Shown here: positions 48,446-63,269 of the stretch, in pieces
Position numbering within the stretch: the first letter of the stretch is position 1
Layout of the letters: each line of letters starts with the position of its first letter
Source: Eledone cirrhosa
Lineage: Eukaryota
Reading direction: 5' to 3'
DNA: 64,000 bases
NCBI GenBank assembly: GCA_964016885.1
Contig: OZ024764.1
Span: 15,996,001-16,060,000 of the forward strand
Translations under genes and position numbers: made by a program
The notes under the pieces: model-generated
What the model was told of the DNA's origin: nothing
The model's input: the letters and a program-made list of their open reading frames with translations, nothing else
Database searches by the model: none

Positions 48446-48874
48446 ATTTATTTATTAAAATAAATAAATAATAATAAAACCACTCCCGGCCAGCATGGTA
48501 TAGCAAGCTACATTGGACACTGGAATAGTTCCTTTATTTGCCTCGCAAGAAGAGATATTAATCTCGAAATATCAGGACGTGAATAAATTAAGGTAAAAAA
48601 AACAAACCCTGTTTCTTACGATTTTATTATTCTCCGTCTAAACCTGCGTTGTTGTGGCTTTCAAACTTCGAATTTGTCGTACCCATACAATCCTTCAAGA
48701 AAATTACTAACTCCCTCATGAGTATATAGATATGTGAAGGTGCATGGCTTAGAAGTTTTCAATCCTGAGGTTATGAGTTTGATTCTCGAACAGGGTGTTG
48801 TGTTGTGTCTTTGAGCAAGATACTTTATTTCACATTGCTCCAGTTCACTCAGCTGTGTGGATTGATCACTCACT

Positions 48875-49850
48875 CTCTGGATTGAGAGATCACAGCTCTG
48901 ATACTACAGACATGTGGTTAGAATGTCCCAGGTAAGAATCTCTGAATTGAGAGATCACAGCTCTGATACTACAGACATGTGGTTAGAATGTCTCAGGTAA
49001 GAATCTCTGGATTGAGAGATCACAGCTCTGATACTACAGACATGTGGTTAGAATGTCTCAGGAAAGAATCTTTGAATTGAGAGATCACAGCTCTTATACT
49101 ACAGACATGTGGTTAGAACGTCCCAGGTAAGAATCTCTGAATTGAGAGATCACAGCTCTGATACTACAGACATGTGGTTAGAATGTCTCAGGTAAGAATC
49201 TCTGGATTGAGAGACCACAGCTCTGATACTACAGACATGTGGTTAGAATGTCTGAGGAAAGAATCTCTGGGTTGAGAGATCACAGCTCTGATACTACAGA
49301 CATGTGGTTAGAATGTCTCAGGTAAGAATCTCTGGATTGAGAGACCACAGCTCTGATACTACAGACATGTGGTTAGAATGTCTGAGGAAAGAATCTCTGG
49401 GTTGAGAGATCACAGCTCTGATACTACAGACATGTGGTTAGAATGTCTGAGGAAAGAATCTCTGGATTGAGAGATCACAGCTCTGATACTACAGACATGT
49501 GGTTAGAATGTCTCAGGTAAGAATCTCTGGATTGAGAGACCACAGCTCTGATACTACAGACATGTGGTTAGAATGTCTGAGGAAAGAATCTCTGGATTGA
49601 GAGATCACAGCTCTGATACTACAGACATGTGGTTAGAATGTCTCAGGTAAGAATCTCTGGATTGAGAGACCACAGCTCTGATACTACAGACATGTGGTTA
49701 GAATGTCTGAGGAAAGAATCTCTGGGTTGAGAGATCACAGCTCTGATACTACAGACATGTGGTTAGAATGTCTCAGGAAAGAATCTCTGGATTGAGAGAT
49801 CACAGCTCTGATACTACAGACATGTGGTTAGAATGTCTCAGGAAAGAATC
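48875..49850. repeat. 65-bp minisatellite (about 15 units)
   Basis: Unit ctctggattgagagatcacagctctgatactacagacatgtggttagaatgtctcaggtaagaat. Confidence 0.93.
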
Positions 49851-50154
49851 CAGCCGGATCAGTTGGAGATGGTTGCTTCTGACAGGACCCACTGGAGGGA
49901 GTGTTTGAGTACTCAGCCCCCACGACCTTCTCAAGAAGGCGGTGTTCTAAGGAAGGGAGATAATCTCTGGAAATAAAGGCATATATTAAGTAAGAGAGAC
50001 GTGATCAGCCATGTCTCTCGTTTAACCCTTTACCCTATTAACCAGTCATATCCGGCCAGAATTCTCTCACCTCTTACTGTTCAAACTGGTCACTCATACG
50101 GACATTATGGTATTGTTCCCAGAATAAATAATATCAAAATCTCATAGATTCAAT

Positions 50155-51020
50155 ATTATGTGAGATATTATGTGAGGTAAAGCTTTTACTGTGAAAATAC
50201 AATAGTATATATAGAGTAATGTAAATGTTATGTGAGATATTATGTGAGGTAAAGCCTTTACTGTGACAATACAATAGTATATATAGAGTAATGTAAATGT
50301 TATGTGAGATATTATGTGAGGTAAAGCCTTTACTGTGAAAATACAATAGTATATATAGAGTAATGTAAATGTTATGTGAGATATTATGTGAGGTAAAGCC
50401 TTTACTGTGAAAATACAATAGTATATATAGAGTAATGTAAATGTTATGTGAGATATTATGTGAGGTAAAGCCTTTACTGTGAAAATACAATAGTATATAT
50501 AGAGTAATGTAAATGTTATGTGAGATATTATGTGAGGTAAAGCCTTTACTGTGAAAATACAATAGTATATATAGAGTAATGTAAATGTTATGTGAGATAT
50601 TATGTGTGGTAAAGCCTTTACTGTGACAATACAATAGTATATATAGAGTAATGTAAATGTTATGTGAGATATTATGTGAGGTAAAGCCTTTACTGTGAAA
50701 ATACAATAGTATATATAGAGTAATGTAAATGGTATGTGAGGTATTATGTGAGGTAAAGCCTTTACTGTGAAAATACAATAGTATATATAGAGTAATGTAA
50801 ATGGTATGTGAGATATTATGTGAGGTAAAGCCTTTACTGTGAAAATACAATAGTATATATAGAGTAATGTAAATGGTATGTGAGATATTATGTGAGGTAA
50901 AGCCTTTACTGTGAAAATACAATAGTATATATAGAGTAATGTAAATGGTATGTGAGATATTATGTGAGGTAAAGCCTTTACTGTGAAAATACAATAGTAT
51001 ATATAGAGTAATGTAAATGG
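50155..51020. repeat. 72-bp minisatellite (about 12 units)
   Basis: 24-aa periodicity in the spurious ORFs. Confidence 0.93.
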
Positions 51021-51159
51021 TAAAGGGTTAAGAAACAACAGGTTAGAGTGACAGAGTGGACACCAAGGAATTGGAGAAGGACCAGCGTGACAGTCTGACC
51101 CGATACCTTGGCACCACATGGCCCAATGTGGCCACACACACACATGTATATCATGACTG

Positions 51160-51455
51160 TTCATTTTCCTGACATTTGTACATTATTCTATGTACTATAC
51201 ATGTACCTTTGATGGGTTGTAGTGCACCTGGGCACTGTACGCAATAATTTCATTATTATCATTATTATTATCGGTAGAGGGTCGGACGCCATGCTTTGAC
51301 GCATAGAGTTACGGCCCTTGCCATTCTGAGTTCAAATCCCGCCGAGATTAACTTTGCCTTTCATCCTTACGGGGTCGATAAAATAAAGTACCAGTAATAC
51401 ACTGGGATAATTGCTGGCCTTGTGCCAAAAAGTAGAAACAATTATTATCATTATT
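51160..51455 (+). mobile_element. CR1 3'-UTR fragment followed by SINE family 2
   Basis: Matches 39030-39123 (tattctatgtactat...tagtgcacctg.gcact.tac.caataatttcattatt), then the SINE-2 head. Confidence 0.72.
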
Positions 51456-51644
51456 AGATGGGAAGCGATGGAAGTTAACCAAAGAGTGGTTGCTCCAACA
51501 GGAGTAAGAAGACTTTCCATTTGGGATTTGGGACTAAGTAAGGGAGACAACTTTAGGAAATAAGGCAAATGCTAAGGAAGGGAGACAACCGTGCACAAAT
51601 TTATGTACGCAATAAAAATAGGATTTCGTGTGAATGACAATAAT

Positions 51645-52565
51645 AAGGAGGTGGTGTAGTAAGAGTACTCTAACTGAAGGAGGTGTTGTGGTAGTGGTAT
51701 GAGTAGAGTAACAGCGAAGGAGGTGTAGTAAGAGTAGTTCGACAGTGAAAGAGGTGTGGTGGGAGTAGTAACAGTGAAGGAGGTGTAGTTTGGTAGTGAT
51801 ACAGTGAAGGAGGTGTAGTTTGGTAGTGATACAGTGAAGGAGGTATAGTGGGAGTAGTGATACAGTGAGGGAGATGTCGTAAAAGTAGTGTAACAATGAA
51901 GGAGGTGTAGTAAGAGTAGTTATACAGTGAAAGAGATGTAGTAAGAGTGGTCCTACAGTGGAGGTGGTGTAGTTTGGTCGTGATACAGTGAAGGAGGTGT
52001 AGTAAGAGTAGTCCTACAGTAAAGAAGGTCTAGTGGGAGTAGTAACAGTGAAGGAGGTGTAGTTTGGTAATGATACAGTGAAGGAGGTGTAGTGGGAGTA
52101 GTAATACAGTGAAGTAGATGTAGTAACACTAGTCGTACAGTGGAGGAGGTGTCGTTGGGTAGTGATACAGTGAAGGAGGTGTAGTGAGAGTAGTCATACA
52201 GTGGAGGTGGTGTAGTTTGGTAGTGATACATGTATGATGGGCGTAGTGTAACAGTGAAGGAGGTGTAGTAAGAGTAGTCGTACAGTGAAGGAGGTGTAGT
52301 AAGAGTAGTGTAACAGCGAAGGAGGTGTAGTAAGAGTAGTTGTACAGTGAAAGAGGTGTAATAAGAGTAGTCGTACAGTGAAGGAGGTGTAGTAAGAGTA
52401 TTGTAACAGTGAAGGAGGTGTAGTAAGAATAGTCGTACAGTGAAGGAGGTGTAGTAAGAGTATTGTAACAGTGAAGGGTAGTTGTACAGTGAAGGAGGTG
52501 CAGTAAGAGTAGTTGTACAGTGAAGGAGGTGTAGTAAGAGTAGTTGTACAGTGAAGGAGGTGTAG
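51645..52565. repeat. Degenerate ~30-bp minisatellite
   Basis: Unit about acagtgaaggaggtgtagtaagagtagtcgt. Confidence 0.85.
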
Positions 52566-54401
52566 TGTTTACATGAGTCAGTCAACAGTGATGTCTTACA
52601 TCGAAGCAGCACCTGCTTTCTGTGAGTAAACCCAAATATATACAGATATATGTATATATATGATGTATATATATATACACACACACACATATATATATAT
52701 ATAATGTATATATACACACACACACATATATATATACACACATTTGTGTGTGTAGATATATATATATGTTTACTGTATAGAATGTATGTGTGTATATTTA
52801 CTGTATGTTGTATACCGTATGTGCGTAGAATGAATGTTCGTGTGTGTATATAATCTATTCCCCGTGGTTGTATTGATGTGTGACTGAATTTGTATATATA
52901 TGTGTGTGTATATATATATATATACACACACACATATATATATATATATACACACACACATGTATACATACATATACGTACGTGTGCGTATATATATATA
53001 ATCCCGAAGTAAATCGTATATATATATATACATATTTACACACGTGTATATATATATATATATAGGATCCCGAAGTAAATCGTATATATATATATACATA
53101 TATACACACGTGTATATATATATATATATATATATATAGGATCCCGAAGTAAATCGTATATATATACACACATATGTATATATATATATACACACATATG
53201 TGTGTATATAGGATTCCCAAGTAACTCGGGAGACGATCAATGTCAAAACAATAAATATACTCAATAAGTTGGTAGAGTGTAACAATTCTACAGGACTAGA
53301 ACTGTTTCGTTCGTAAGTGATCATCAGTAAAGTCATATATATATATATATATATATATAAAGACTGTGTATATAGTTATTATATAGTAATTATGTTTACA
53401 GCTGTTTATAGTATACGTATGCGCATATATTTGTGTGTATTATATAACACACATATGTGTATATATATTTATAAATATAAACATATATATATATTTATAT
53501 GATATCCCCGAAATATATATAATGAAATAAATATGGTTTTATAAATATAGTTTCCATTTATTTAATATTGTAAATATACTCCAAATATTTGTCGAGTGCT
53601 TTTATATCAGTTATAAATATTTACTAGTTGTAACCCAACAATTTTAAATATAACTTTCCATGTATATTTATATATATATATATATTTATATATTATTTAT
53701 ATATATATATATATTTATATATTATTTATATATATATATATATTGAATTTCAGAAGATCCCGTTAAGGGTGAAAGCAGCGATTCTTTGCTTAAACTTTAA
53801 TCTGTTATTTTAATAAATATCTGCTCTACGGTTCTTATATATTTGATATATATTTATCCTTATAGAGCCCTCTTTGGATTTTAGTCTCCACATTCATTAT
53901 TACTACTATTATTTATATATATATATAATATATATATAACGAAGGAAATGTGGTAAGGAACCAGGTGGACCATAACGCACCAAAGTACTCAATACTTGAG
54001 GTAGTAGAGTGGGTAATAGGAACGAGTAGGACCCCAACGGCTGAGCTCAAGCCGTTTCGACGGCTAATTCAGAATTAACCGTCGAAACGGCTTGAGCTCA
54101 GCCGTTGGGGTCCTACTCGTTCCTATAATATATATATTTATATAGAAGTGGTAACACAACAGTTAGTTCACCAGACCGACAACAATTGTTTCACCTTAGC
54201 GGATCCTCAGCTGGTAATGGACATGGTTATACCGAAGAGGAAGGACACCCGGGGTTTTCCTGTTCCGTATAACCATGTCCAGTACGACCTGAGGATCTGC
54301 TACGGTAATATCCTGAATTCTCTACCACTACAGATATTACCTTCCAGTGTTCTACCATTATATATATATATATATATGTAATAAACAACATTAGATAATT
54401 A

Positions 54402-54461
54402 TTTCATTTACCAGTGGTTTCTTGAAAGCAAACAAATCTGCTTTCAGTCGTCAGAATGAAA
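54402..54461 (-). ncRNA. Type-I hammerhead ribozyme motif (inverted-pair member)
   Basis: Minus strand: tttcatt CTGACGA c tgaaagcaga ttt gtttgctttca a GAAA CCACTGG TA aatgaaa; perfect stem I. Confidence 0.8.
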
Positions 54462-54474
54462 AAAATCCTGGTGT

Positions 54475-54534
54475 TTTTATTCTGACGACTGAAAGCAGAT
54501 TTGTTTGCTTTCAAGAAACCACTGGTAAATGAAA
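54475..54534 (+). ncRNA. Type-I hammerhead ribozyme motif
   Basis: ttttatt CTGACGA ctgaaagcagatttgtttgctttcaa GAAA CCACTGG TA aatgaaa. Confidence 0.8.
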
Positions 54535-54630
54535 TAATTATCTTATGTTGTTTATTACATAACTATTAAGCTCTGTAACCTACATAGAGCACTCTTTTTT
54601 CCTGGACCTTTCCGACGGAATTACTTCATT

Positions 54631-54661
<31 letters not shown>

Positions 54662-56087
54662 ATGTGTATATATATATATATGTGTGTGTATGTGTGAATA
54701 TATATATATATATAGATGTGTGGGTATGCGTATACACACACATGTATATATATAAATATATATTTATATAATCTTGTTATACAAACATACAGCTTGTCAT
54801 AAGCCCTCTCTCTCTGATCTTCCCGTCTTACTAGCTCCCTTATCCCCGGAAAACCCCTCCTACTCATATATATATGGTGGCTGCCAACTCGTTTTCTAGT
54901 ACGGTCACTACTCTATATCCATGTAGGAGAACCCCTACCGATGTGCTGAACGAGTGTGACTTTTTAATCCAGCCAGCGACTTGAAAACTCTGGTACAAAC
55001 ACTACACTTGTGACAATTATTGACACACAGTGCTGGGCCCATGGTACCATGTGACGACAAGTGCAGAGAGATCTCCAGATATAAAGCAATGCCTGTGCCG
55101 TGAAGCTTTTATAGTGAGCAAAGGCACTGCACAAAGCCAGTCCCACTCTCTTAACCAAGATGATATTTACCAAAAAGAAGAACAAGTCAACATCATTGGA
55201 TACTATCAGGGTTGCAGGTGTTATATCAGAGTTTTCCTTCTCCTAGAATTCTGCCTTGACAAAGGCTAAGGGGTCATCTCTCCCGGTGATTTTGGATGGC
55301 CATTGACTCTTAAGAGCTCCTTTGCCCTTTGACAGGTTTTGTTTTTAGTCCTGCAGGATGTCCAAAGTCACCCTCCTCACCAAGAAACCTTGGTGGGGTT
55401 GCCAGTTTAGTCGCCAACGACCCGACCACGAGACAGGCTGTACTGGGATACATGTTACCAGTAGTACCAACTGGTGACCTGACATATATATATATACACA
55501 CATACATATACGCACATACATATACGCACATACATATACACGCATACATATATATACATATATTATGTATATGTGTGTATATATATATATATACACGTAT
55601 ATATGTGTGTTTTGCAAGGTTTTTGATATGAAATCGTGTGTCGAAACAAATATTGTTATACTTGGGGAGGGTCATATTGTAATAATATTGCCAGAAATAA
55701 TAACAGGACACACTCACTGTTTGGTTGGTTTTCGCTTCTGTATCTTTTATATCTCCATAGTTAATTTATTCGGCAATCAATGTTTATCATTGATTGACTA
55801 TTACAACACAACTGGAACAAACATAATAGTACCACTGATGATGTCACAGGTGTGTTATGAAAGAAGTTTCATAGACTATATATATATAGGAAAAAGTATG
55901 ACCCCGGCGGCAGAGGTCAAGCCGTTTCGACGGCTATTTCTGGACTATTTAGTCCAGAAATAGCCGTCGAAACGGCTTGAGCTCTGCCGTCGGGGTCATA
56001 CTTTTTCCTATTTCCCACTCTACTACCCTAAGTATTGAGTACTCTGGTGTGTTATGGTCCATCTGGTTCCTTACCACATTTCCTTTG

Positions 56088-56123
<36 letters not shown>

Positions 56124-56129
56124 ATGATG

Positions 56130-56355
56130 ATTGCTCCAGTTTACTCAGCTGTAGAAATGAGATGATAGGGACTGGGGTCCCTATCATTCCACTGCAAAGT
56201 GGTCGTGGAGGTGCCATAGCAAAAAAGCACCCAGCACACACTGTAAATGAGGTTGGTGTTAGGAAGGGCATCCAGCTGTAGAAATCAAGCCAGAACCAGT
56301 TCCCGTCCCACCCTTGCAAGCAGGGAAAAGTGGACGTAAAATGAAATGATGATGA
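56130..56355 (+). mobile_element. SINE family 1, 5'-truncated
   Basis: Matches 41928-42150. Confidence 0.78.
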
Positions 56356-56893
56356 TATATTATATATATACACACATATATATATATATATACACATATA
56401 TATACACACATATATATATATATTATTCAAAATACTAACAAATGATGATTAAAATATAAATATTAATAAAATAGATGTTCTTTTGATCAATTACATTTTG
56501 TAAAATGTAATTGATCAAAAGAAGATCTATTTTATTAATATTTATATTTTAATATTAATAACTCCGGAAAATTATTTTGCCGTAGAGTGCTTCCAATCTA
56601 CTGTAAAACTCATTCTTTGACATAATTATTGAATATCGTTTAACACTTTAATATATATATATATATATCTGTATTTTTAATCGTTGGCAATCAATGATAA
56701 ACATTGATTGCCAAATAAATTAACTATGGAGATATAAAAGATACAGAAGCGAAAACCAACCAAACAGTGAGTGTGTTCTGTTATTATTTCTGGCAATATT
56801 ATAACTATATATATATATGTATATATATATGTGTGTGTGTGTACATATATGTATATGTGTATATACATGTATTTGTGTGTATATATATGTATT

Positions 56894-56948
<55 letters not shown>

Positions 56949-57773
56949 ATATTATAATGAAATGACAGGAGGCTGGATTTGTGTAAATCCTTGAAAGGTT
57001 TATTATACTATCATTTCAATACTGGTATTGAAATGATCAGAGTATAATAAACCTTTCAAGGATTTACACAAATCCAGCCTCCTGTCATTTTATTATAATA
57101 TTTAACTCCGTACTCGCACCACCAACTACAAAAACAAAGACGGTTGAGCTGCTTTACGTTGAGTACTCTCCATATTATTACATCAAGATTGACCATACGG
57201 AATAGACCAGCTCTATACAGTGGTGAACCTCAAACCTGAATATATATATGTATATAGTAATAATAATAAATTAGAAGACTAAAATCCAAAGAGGGCTCAA
57301 TAAGGATAAATATATATCAAATATATAAGAACCGTAGCAAATATTTATTAAAATATTTATTAAAATAACAGATTAAAGTTTAAGCAAAGAATCGCTGCTT
57401 TCACCCTTAACGGGATCTTCTGAAACTATATATATTTGTGTGTGTGTATGTGTGTATATATATATGTATGTGTATATACATGTATTTGTGTGTATATTTG
57501 GGTGAAGGCGTGTGGCTGAGTGGTTAGAGAATTGGATTCACAATCTTGAAGTTGTGAGTTCGATTCGTGGACCAGGTGATGCGTTATGTCCTTGAGCAAG
57601 ACACTTTATTTCACGTTGTTCCTTCTACCTGGAGTTGCGACCGATAGATAGTATTAGCAACTGGAAAGACCGACGGAAACATTGTTTCCTCGGTCCGATT
57701 TGACGAAAGTCAATCGATCCTATATTGTGTGTATATATATGTATTTGTGTGTATATATATATATATATATATT

Positions 57774-57804
<31 letters not shown>

Positions 57805-57877
57805 GTATGTATGTATATATCATCATTTTACGTCCGCTTTTCTCTGCTTGCAATATGTGTATATGTATATATATATA

Positions 57878-57908
<31 letters not shown>

Positions 57909-58019
57909 GTATGTATAAAAAGGAGCAGAGTGCTCAAAGTTGATGGTAGCCATGGAGTATCACCTCATCCCAGATCTTGTGTATATACATGTATGTGTGT
58001 ATAGATATAAATATGTATA

Positions 58020-58660
58020 GACATATATCGCAGTAGACTATTGTATGTGCCCTGCACTGGAGAAACACCAAGACTCAGGCTTTACTGTAACACCGGCTCA
58101 GAGCAGGAGAGTTAAGGCTAAAAGATATCAGATGCTGAATTTGGTGATGAAATAGTTCTGGTGACAAACACAGTGAAGGAGGCAGAGGAGTTGAGGCAGG
58201 GGGTGGAGACTGTGTCGATGAGTGTGGGGCTGAGACTGAATGAGATTAAGATGAAGTATCTGGTACAGAACATTAAGAAGCCAGAGAAGATTACGAATGT
58301 AGGCGGGAAGCTGTTAGAATTGGTTGAGAACTTCCTGTACCTGGGAGCAAAGATTGGGAACACAGAGGATGGTGTGGTGGAGAGGAAGAGCAAAGCCTGG
58401 GTGGTGTGTCACAGCTTGAGATCAGTGTGGAAGTCGGACCTCCGTAAAGACCTGAAAATCCGCCTCTTCATTGCTGTGGTGGAGTCTGTGCTGCTGTCCG
58501 GGTCTGAGACTTGGACACTGACCAAGAAACTCACTCAGATGGTGGATGGGTGCTACACGAGAATGCTGAGGATGGCTCTGAACATTAATCAGTGTACACT
58601 GAGGATGAAGAACTCAGAGCTGTACGGGAGCTTCCCAAAAGTCAGCTCAAAAGTGACATA
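58020..58660 (+). mobile_element. RTE-clade LINE RT fragment
   Basis: GLRLNEIKMKY...ENFLYLG...VESVLLSGSETWTLTKK; inverted partial copy at 58720-58817. Confidence 0.82.
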
Positions 58661-59385
58661 TATGTTTTTTGCCACTAATTATTCATAACAATAAATCGTA
58701 TTTGCTGTTATTAATAATTTAGTGGTAAAAAATATGTCACTTTTGAGCTGACTTTCGGGAGGCTCCCGTACAGCTCTGAGTTCTTCATCCTCAGCATTCT
58801 CGTGTAGCACCCATCCACGTTATATTTTGATGTTTATAGACATTTTTGTGGGCCACATCCAATATTTGTAGTTTTTCACTTTTCACAGGTGCTCTAGGAA
58901 CATAACCCCCTCAAATACTGGAGGACAACTGTATATATATATATATATATACCTCTTAACCAAATATACACCCCAATGCACCACCCCTACCTCATCCTCC
59001 CACTCCCACCAACACCACCCTTTCTCTATAAAGTTATGTTGGTACCACAACAAAAAAACACACAGTCCACGCTGTAATGTGGCCGTGTAGGTAACATGGT
59101 AAAAAGCTCCCAGTCCACACTGTAAACGTGGTTGGTGTTAGGAAGGGCATCCAGCCGTAGAAAACCTGTCAGACAGTCCTATACGAGCGAGACACGGTCA
59201 CCTGACCAACCTTGCCTCAAGTGGGACAACTCCTGTCTAAGCCATGCTAGTGTGGAAGATGGACGTTAAACGATGATGATGATGATATAGAACAGGCAAT
59301 GTTGATGATGTATGCGTGTACATATATATACACACACATACTTACATACACCCTTGCAAGCAAGGAAAAGCAGACGTAAAATGAT

Positions 59386-59640
59386 CCATCATCATCATCA
59401 TCATTTTACGTCCACTTTTCCCTGCTTGCAAGGGTGGGACAGGAACTGATTCTGGCTTGATTTCTACAGCTGGATGCCCTTCCTAACACCAACCTCATTT
59501 ACAGTGAGTGCTGGGCGCTTTTTTGCCGTGGCACCTCCACGACCACTTTGCAGTGGAATGATAGGGACCCCAGTCCCTCTCATCTCATTTCTACAGCTGA
59601 GTAAACTGGAGCAATGTGAAATAAAGTGTCTTGCTCAAGG
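59386..59640 (-). mobile_element. SINE family 1, partial
   Basis: Reverse complement of 41905-42165. Confidence 0.78.
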
Positions 59641-59954
59641 AGTGTTTTACTATATATTTCTGGCAATATTATAACAATATGACGCTCCCCAAATATAACT
59701 ATGTAGACCTACCCATCCCCAAAATCACTACCTTGCCCAACCACCAGAAACTTTCCAAATACAACTATATTACAATGACTTGGCTTTATATATAAACAAT
59801 GAGTTATGAGGTTTGTTGTTTATTCAACAAAGTTAATTTTACAACAGATTAGCAGCACTCTACAGTATTTATCTGGAGTATCATTAATATTAACAATTAA
59901 ACCATTGGACGTACACCATTAAGTTCGCAAGAAGATATGTCGCTATCTTAACAC

Positions 59955-60110
59955 CACAGTCTGAGTTCAAATCCCGCTGAGGTTAACTTTGCCTTTCATC
60001 CTTACAGGGTTGATAAAATAAAGTACCAGTAATGTACTGCGGTCGATTTGAGAACTTTCCCCTCCCCAAAAATTGCTGGCCTTGTGCCTGTAGTAGAAAT
60101 CATTATTCCT
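59955..60110 (+). mobile_element. SINE family 2, partial
   Basis: GTTCAAATCCCGC.GAGG...GCCTTTCATCC...ATTGCTGGCCTTGTGCC. Confidence 0.72.
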
Positions 60111-60353
60111 ATTTATATTTTCATTCAGAAGGAATTATAAACAATTTGTAATGTTATTTATACAACTGTGAATAAAATTCTACTAAATCAATGTAAACAA
60201 AGCAAAATATATATATAAACATATGCAAAGTTTTATTTAAATTGTTGGGTTACAACGAGTAAATATTTATAACTGATATAAAAGCACTCAACAAGTATTT
60301 GGAGTATATTTACGATATTAAATAAATGGAAACTATATTTATAAAACCATATT

Positions 60354-60419
60354 TATTTCATTATATATATTTCAGGGATATCATATTAAAAATATGGTAT
60401 GCCTTCTTCAGACAAAATA
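60354..60419 (-). ncRNA. Type-I hammerhead ribozyme motif (same family as 24630 and 45243)
   Basis: Minus strand: tattttgt CTGAAGA aggcataccatatttttaatatgatatccct GAAA TATATA TA atgaaata. Confidence 0.7.
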
Positions 60420-60869
60420 CAATATAAACAGTCTTATAAATAGATAGATTTGACATACCTTACGACTTCAACTTCCATTTAAAAAGTTGATTTGGTAGTG
60501 AAAAATGTTAGGGACAGTTATAAAAAGAAAGAAAGAAAAAAGCGAAGAAAAAGAAGAAATGCATGCAACTAAATAGAGAGAGATAGATATAGAGAGATAG
60601 ATAGAGAGAAGAAATTCATGTAAAGAAACAGAGAGAAATATATAGAGAGAGGAAAAAAACACAGAGGGAGATAGATAGAGAGAGAGAAGAGAGAGAGAGA
60701 GATAGATAGAGAGAGAGATAGAGAGAAAGAAAATAGGTAGTTGGGCACCAGTTGAATGACGTATCAATATATAAACATATATATGTGTATATCATCATCA
60801 TCATCATCATCGTTTTTGTCTGCCTTTCCGCACTTGCATGGGTTGGACGGGCCCTTCACAGCACAATAT

Positions 60870-61410
60870 ATCATCATCACCATTTTACGTCCGTTCTTCC
60901 ACGCTAGAATGGGTTAGACGGGTTGTCCTGTTGCGGGCAGTGTCCGGTCGGCTGACCTTGTCTTGCTCATACGGGAACTGATTCTGGCTTGACTTCTACA
61001 GCTGGATGCCCTTCCTAACACCAACCTCATTTACAGTGAGTGCTGGGTGCTTTTTTTTCCGTGGCACCTACATGACCACTTTACTGTGGGTGGAGGCATA
61101 TTGTCTATAAGCTTCAGCTTCGGCTTGTTCCCGTGGGAAGTGTCGTCTTCTGTATTACTACTTGACGCCAGAGGTCACGGTCGTGTGTCATCGCCTTTGA
61201 GAGGTGTAATTGGGTAAGGTCGACTTTTATATATAAGACGTGGTAGAGGAAGACCACAAAAAACATGGGCGGAGGTGGTGAGAGCAGACCTCAGATCAGT
61301 GAAGCTCACGGTTGAGATGGCAAAGGACCGTGACAAGTGGAGAGATGCTGTGCTGAATAGGACCCATCCCACCCTTGCAAGCAGGGAAAAGCGGACGTAA
61401 AATTGTGATG
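60870..61410. mobile_element. SINE-1 / RTE 3'-end fragments in both orientations
   Basis: 60870-61215 resembles 526-720 and 8320-8435; 61235-61410 encodes GRPQKTWAEVVRADL...DRDKWR followed by a (GAT)n tail. Confidence 0.65.
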
Positions 61411-61425
61411 ATGATGATGGTGATG

Positions 61426-61472
<47 letters not shown>

Positions 61473-62039
61473 AACACATACACCCATATAAACACACACA
61501 TATATATCTAGAGTGAGAGAGACTCAGTAGATGTATATATCATCATCATATACACATATATATATAAATATATACACACACATATATATATAATGGAAAA
61601 TTTGAACAGGAACAAAACAGAGAGGCAGTACAACGAATGTTTATTAATTTCACGCTCTGGAGAGTGGGGTGGTGGTGGTGGTGGGGAACACGTTTCGGGC
61701 ATAAGCCCTTCTTCAGGTGAAAAGTGTGTGGGAAGAGAGTTCAAAGGGTGTGTAGGGGAGTGGTGGAGAGACATATAGCGAAAAGGGGGTGGGAGGAAAC
61801 GGTGCGAATGAAATTAAAAATAAAAGCATGATCAAAATAAAATTAAATTAAAATGGGGTAAAACAGGTGGTGGAAGGGTGTGGGGTGTGTAGGGGGTGGA
61901 GTGGATACACACACATATATATATATACACACATCTAGAGTGAGAGGAGTCTCAGTACATGTGCACTAATCCAATGTTTTCTACTGCAGTATTGCTGTCA
62001 GTGACTGACAGCACATGACTTGTGTGTGACCTTGACATT

Positions 62040-62181
62040 ACATATATACACACACACACACATATCTATATACACACACACATACATATATATACACATA
62101 TCTATATACACACACACACACATACATATACACATATATACACACACATACATATACACATATCTATATACACACATACAT

Positions 62182-62224
<43 letters not shown>

Positions 62225-62730
62225 CACATATCTATATACACACACACATACATATACACACATACATATATATACACACACATACATATATATATATACA
62301 CATATCTATATACACACACACATACATATACACATCTATATACACACATACATATATATACACATATCTATATACACACATAGATATATATACACATATA
62401 TATATACACACACATACATATACACATATCTATATACACACATACATATATATACACATATCTATATACACACACATACATATACACATCTATATACACA
62501 CACACACATACATATACACATATCTATATACACACATACATATATATACACACACATACATATATATATACACATATCTATATACACACATACACATATA
62601 CACATCTATATACACACATACATATATATGTATATATATATACACATATCTATATACACACATACATATACACATATATATATATATACACACGCACACA
62701 CACATACATATATATATATACACACACACA
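62040..62730. repeat. (CA)/(TA) compound microsatellite
   Basis: Direct inspection. Confidence 0.9.
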
Positions 62731-63085
62731 GTGGTGGTGGTGTTTAGCCCAAGGTCAGTCATATCCCCCCCCCCCCCCTCTCTCTAATGGTGGTATCCAA
62801 GGTCACATATCTCATTTTTCTCTGCACCCCCCTCCCTCTCTCTGCTTCCTGCTGTCTTTTGTAATCTCTCTCTCCCTTTCTCTCTCTCTCTCTCCCTCTC
62901 TCCCCCTCCCCCTCTCTCCCCTTCCTGCTGCCTTTGTCATTCCCCTCTCAATCTCTAGTGGTGGTAGTGTCCAAGGTCAGTCATATGTTATGCCTCACTC
63001 TCTCTATCTCTCTATCTCTCCCTCTATCTCTCTATCTATATCTCACTCTCTCTCTCTCTCTTTAATGGCTTTAGTCTTTGTATTA

Positions 63086-63158
<73 letters not shown>

Positions 63159-63269
63159 CACACATACACACACACACATGTATGTATGTATATATATACT
63201 CTGTATATAACACTACACCTAATATTCCCCCTCCACACACACACATGTATATCATGACTCATACACTAT

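Noticed and set aside
43290-51020. Regular arrays that might be mistaken for CRISPR
   Set aside because: Head-to-tail units without unique spacers, no cas genes, and a eukaryotic context.
53750-53790. CAGAAGA tcccgttaagggt GAAA motif (also reversed at about 57390-57425)
   Set aside because: The core has A in place of the conserved U and no convincing stems I and III; it cannot be called a ribozyme without a family alignment.
53294-54320. Hammerhead-like cores at 53294-53334 (-), 54175-54216 (-) and about 54289 (+)
   Set aside because: Stem I or II pairing is poor, or GAAA is mutated; treated as degenerate remnants.
61686-61720. Minus-strand CTGAAGA agggcttatgccc GAAA CG hammerhead-like motif
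   Set aside because: The triplet is GUG and stem I' is missing; counted as truncated, not intact.
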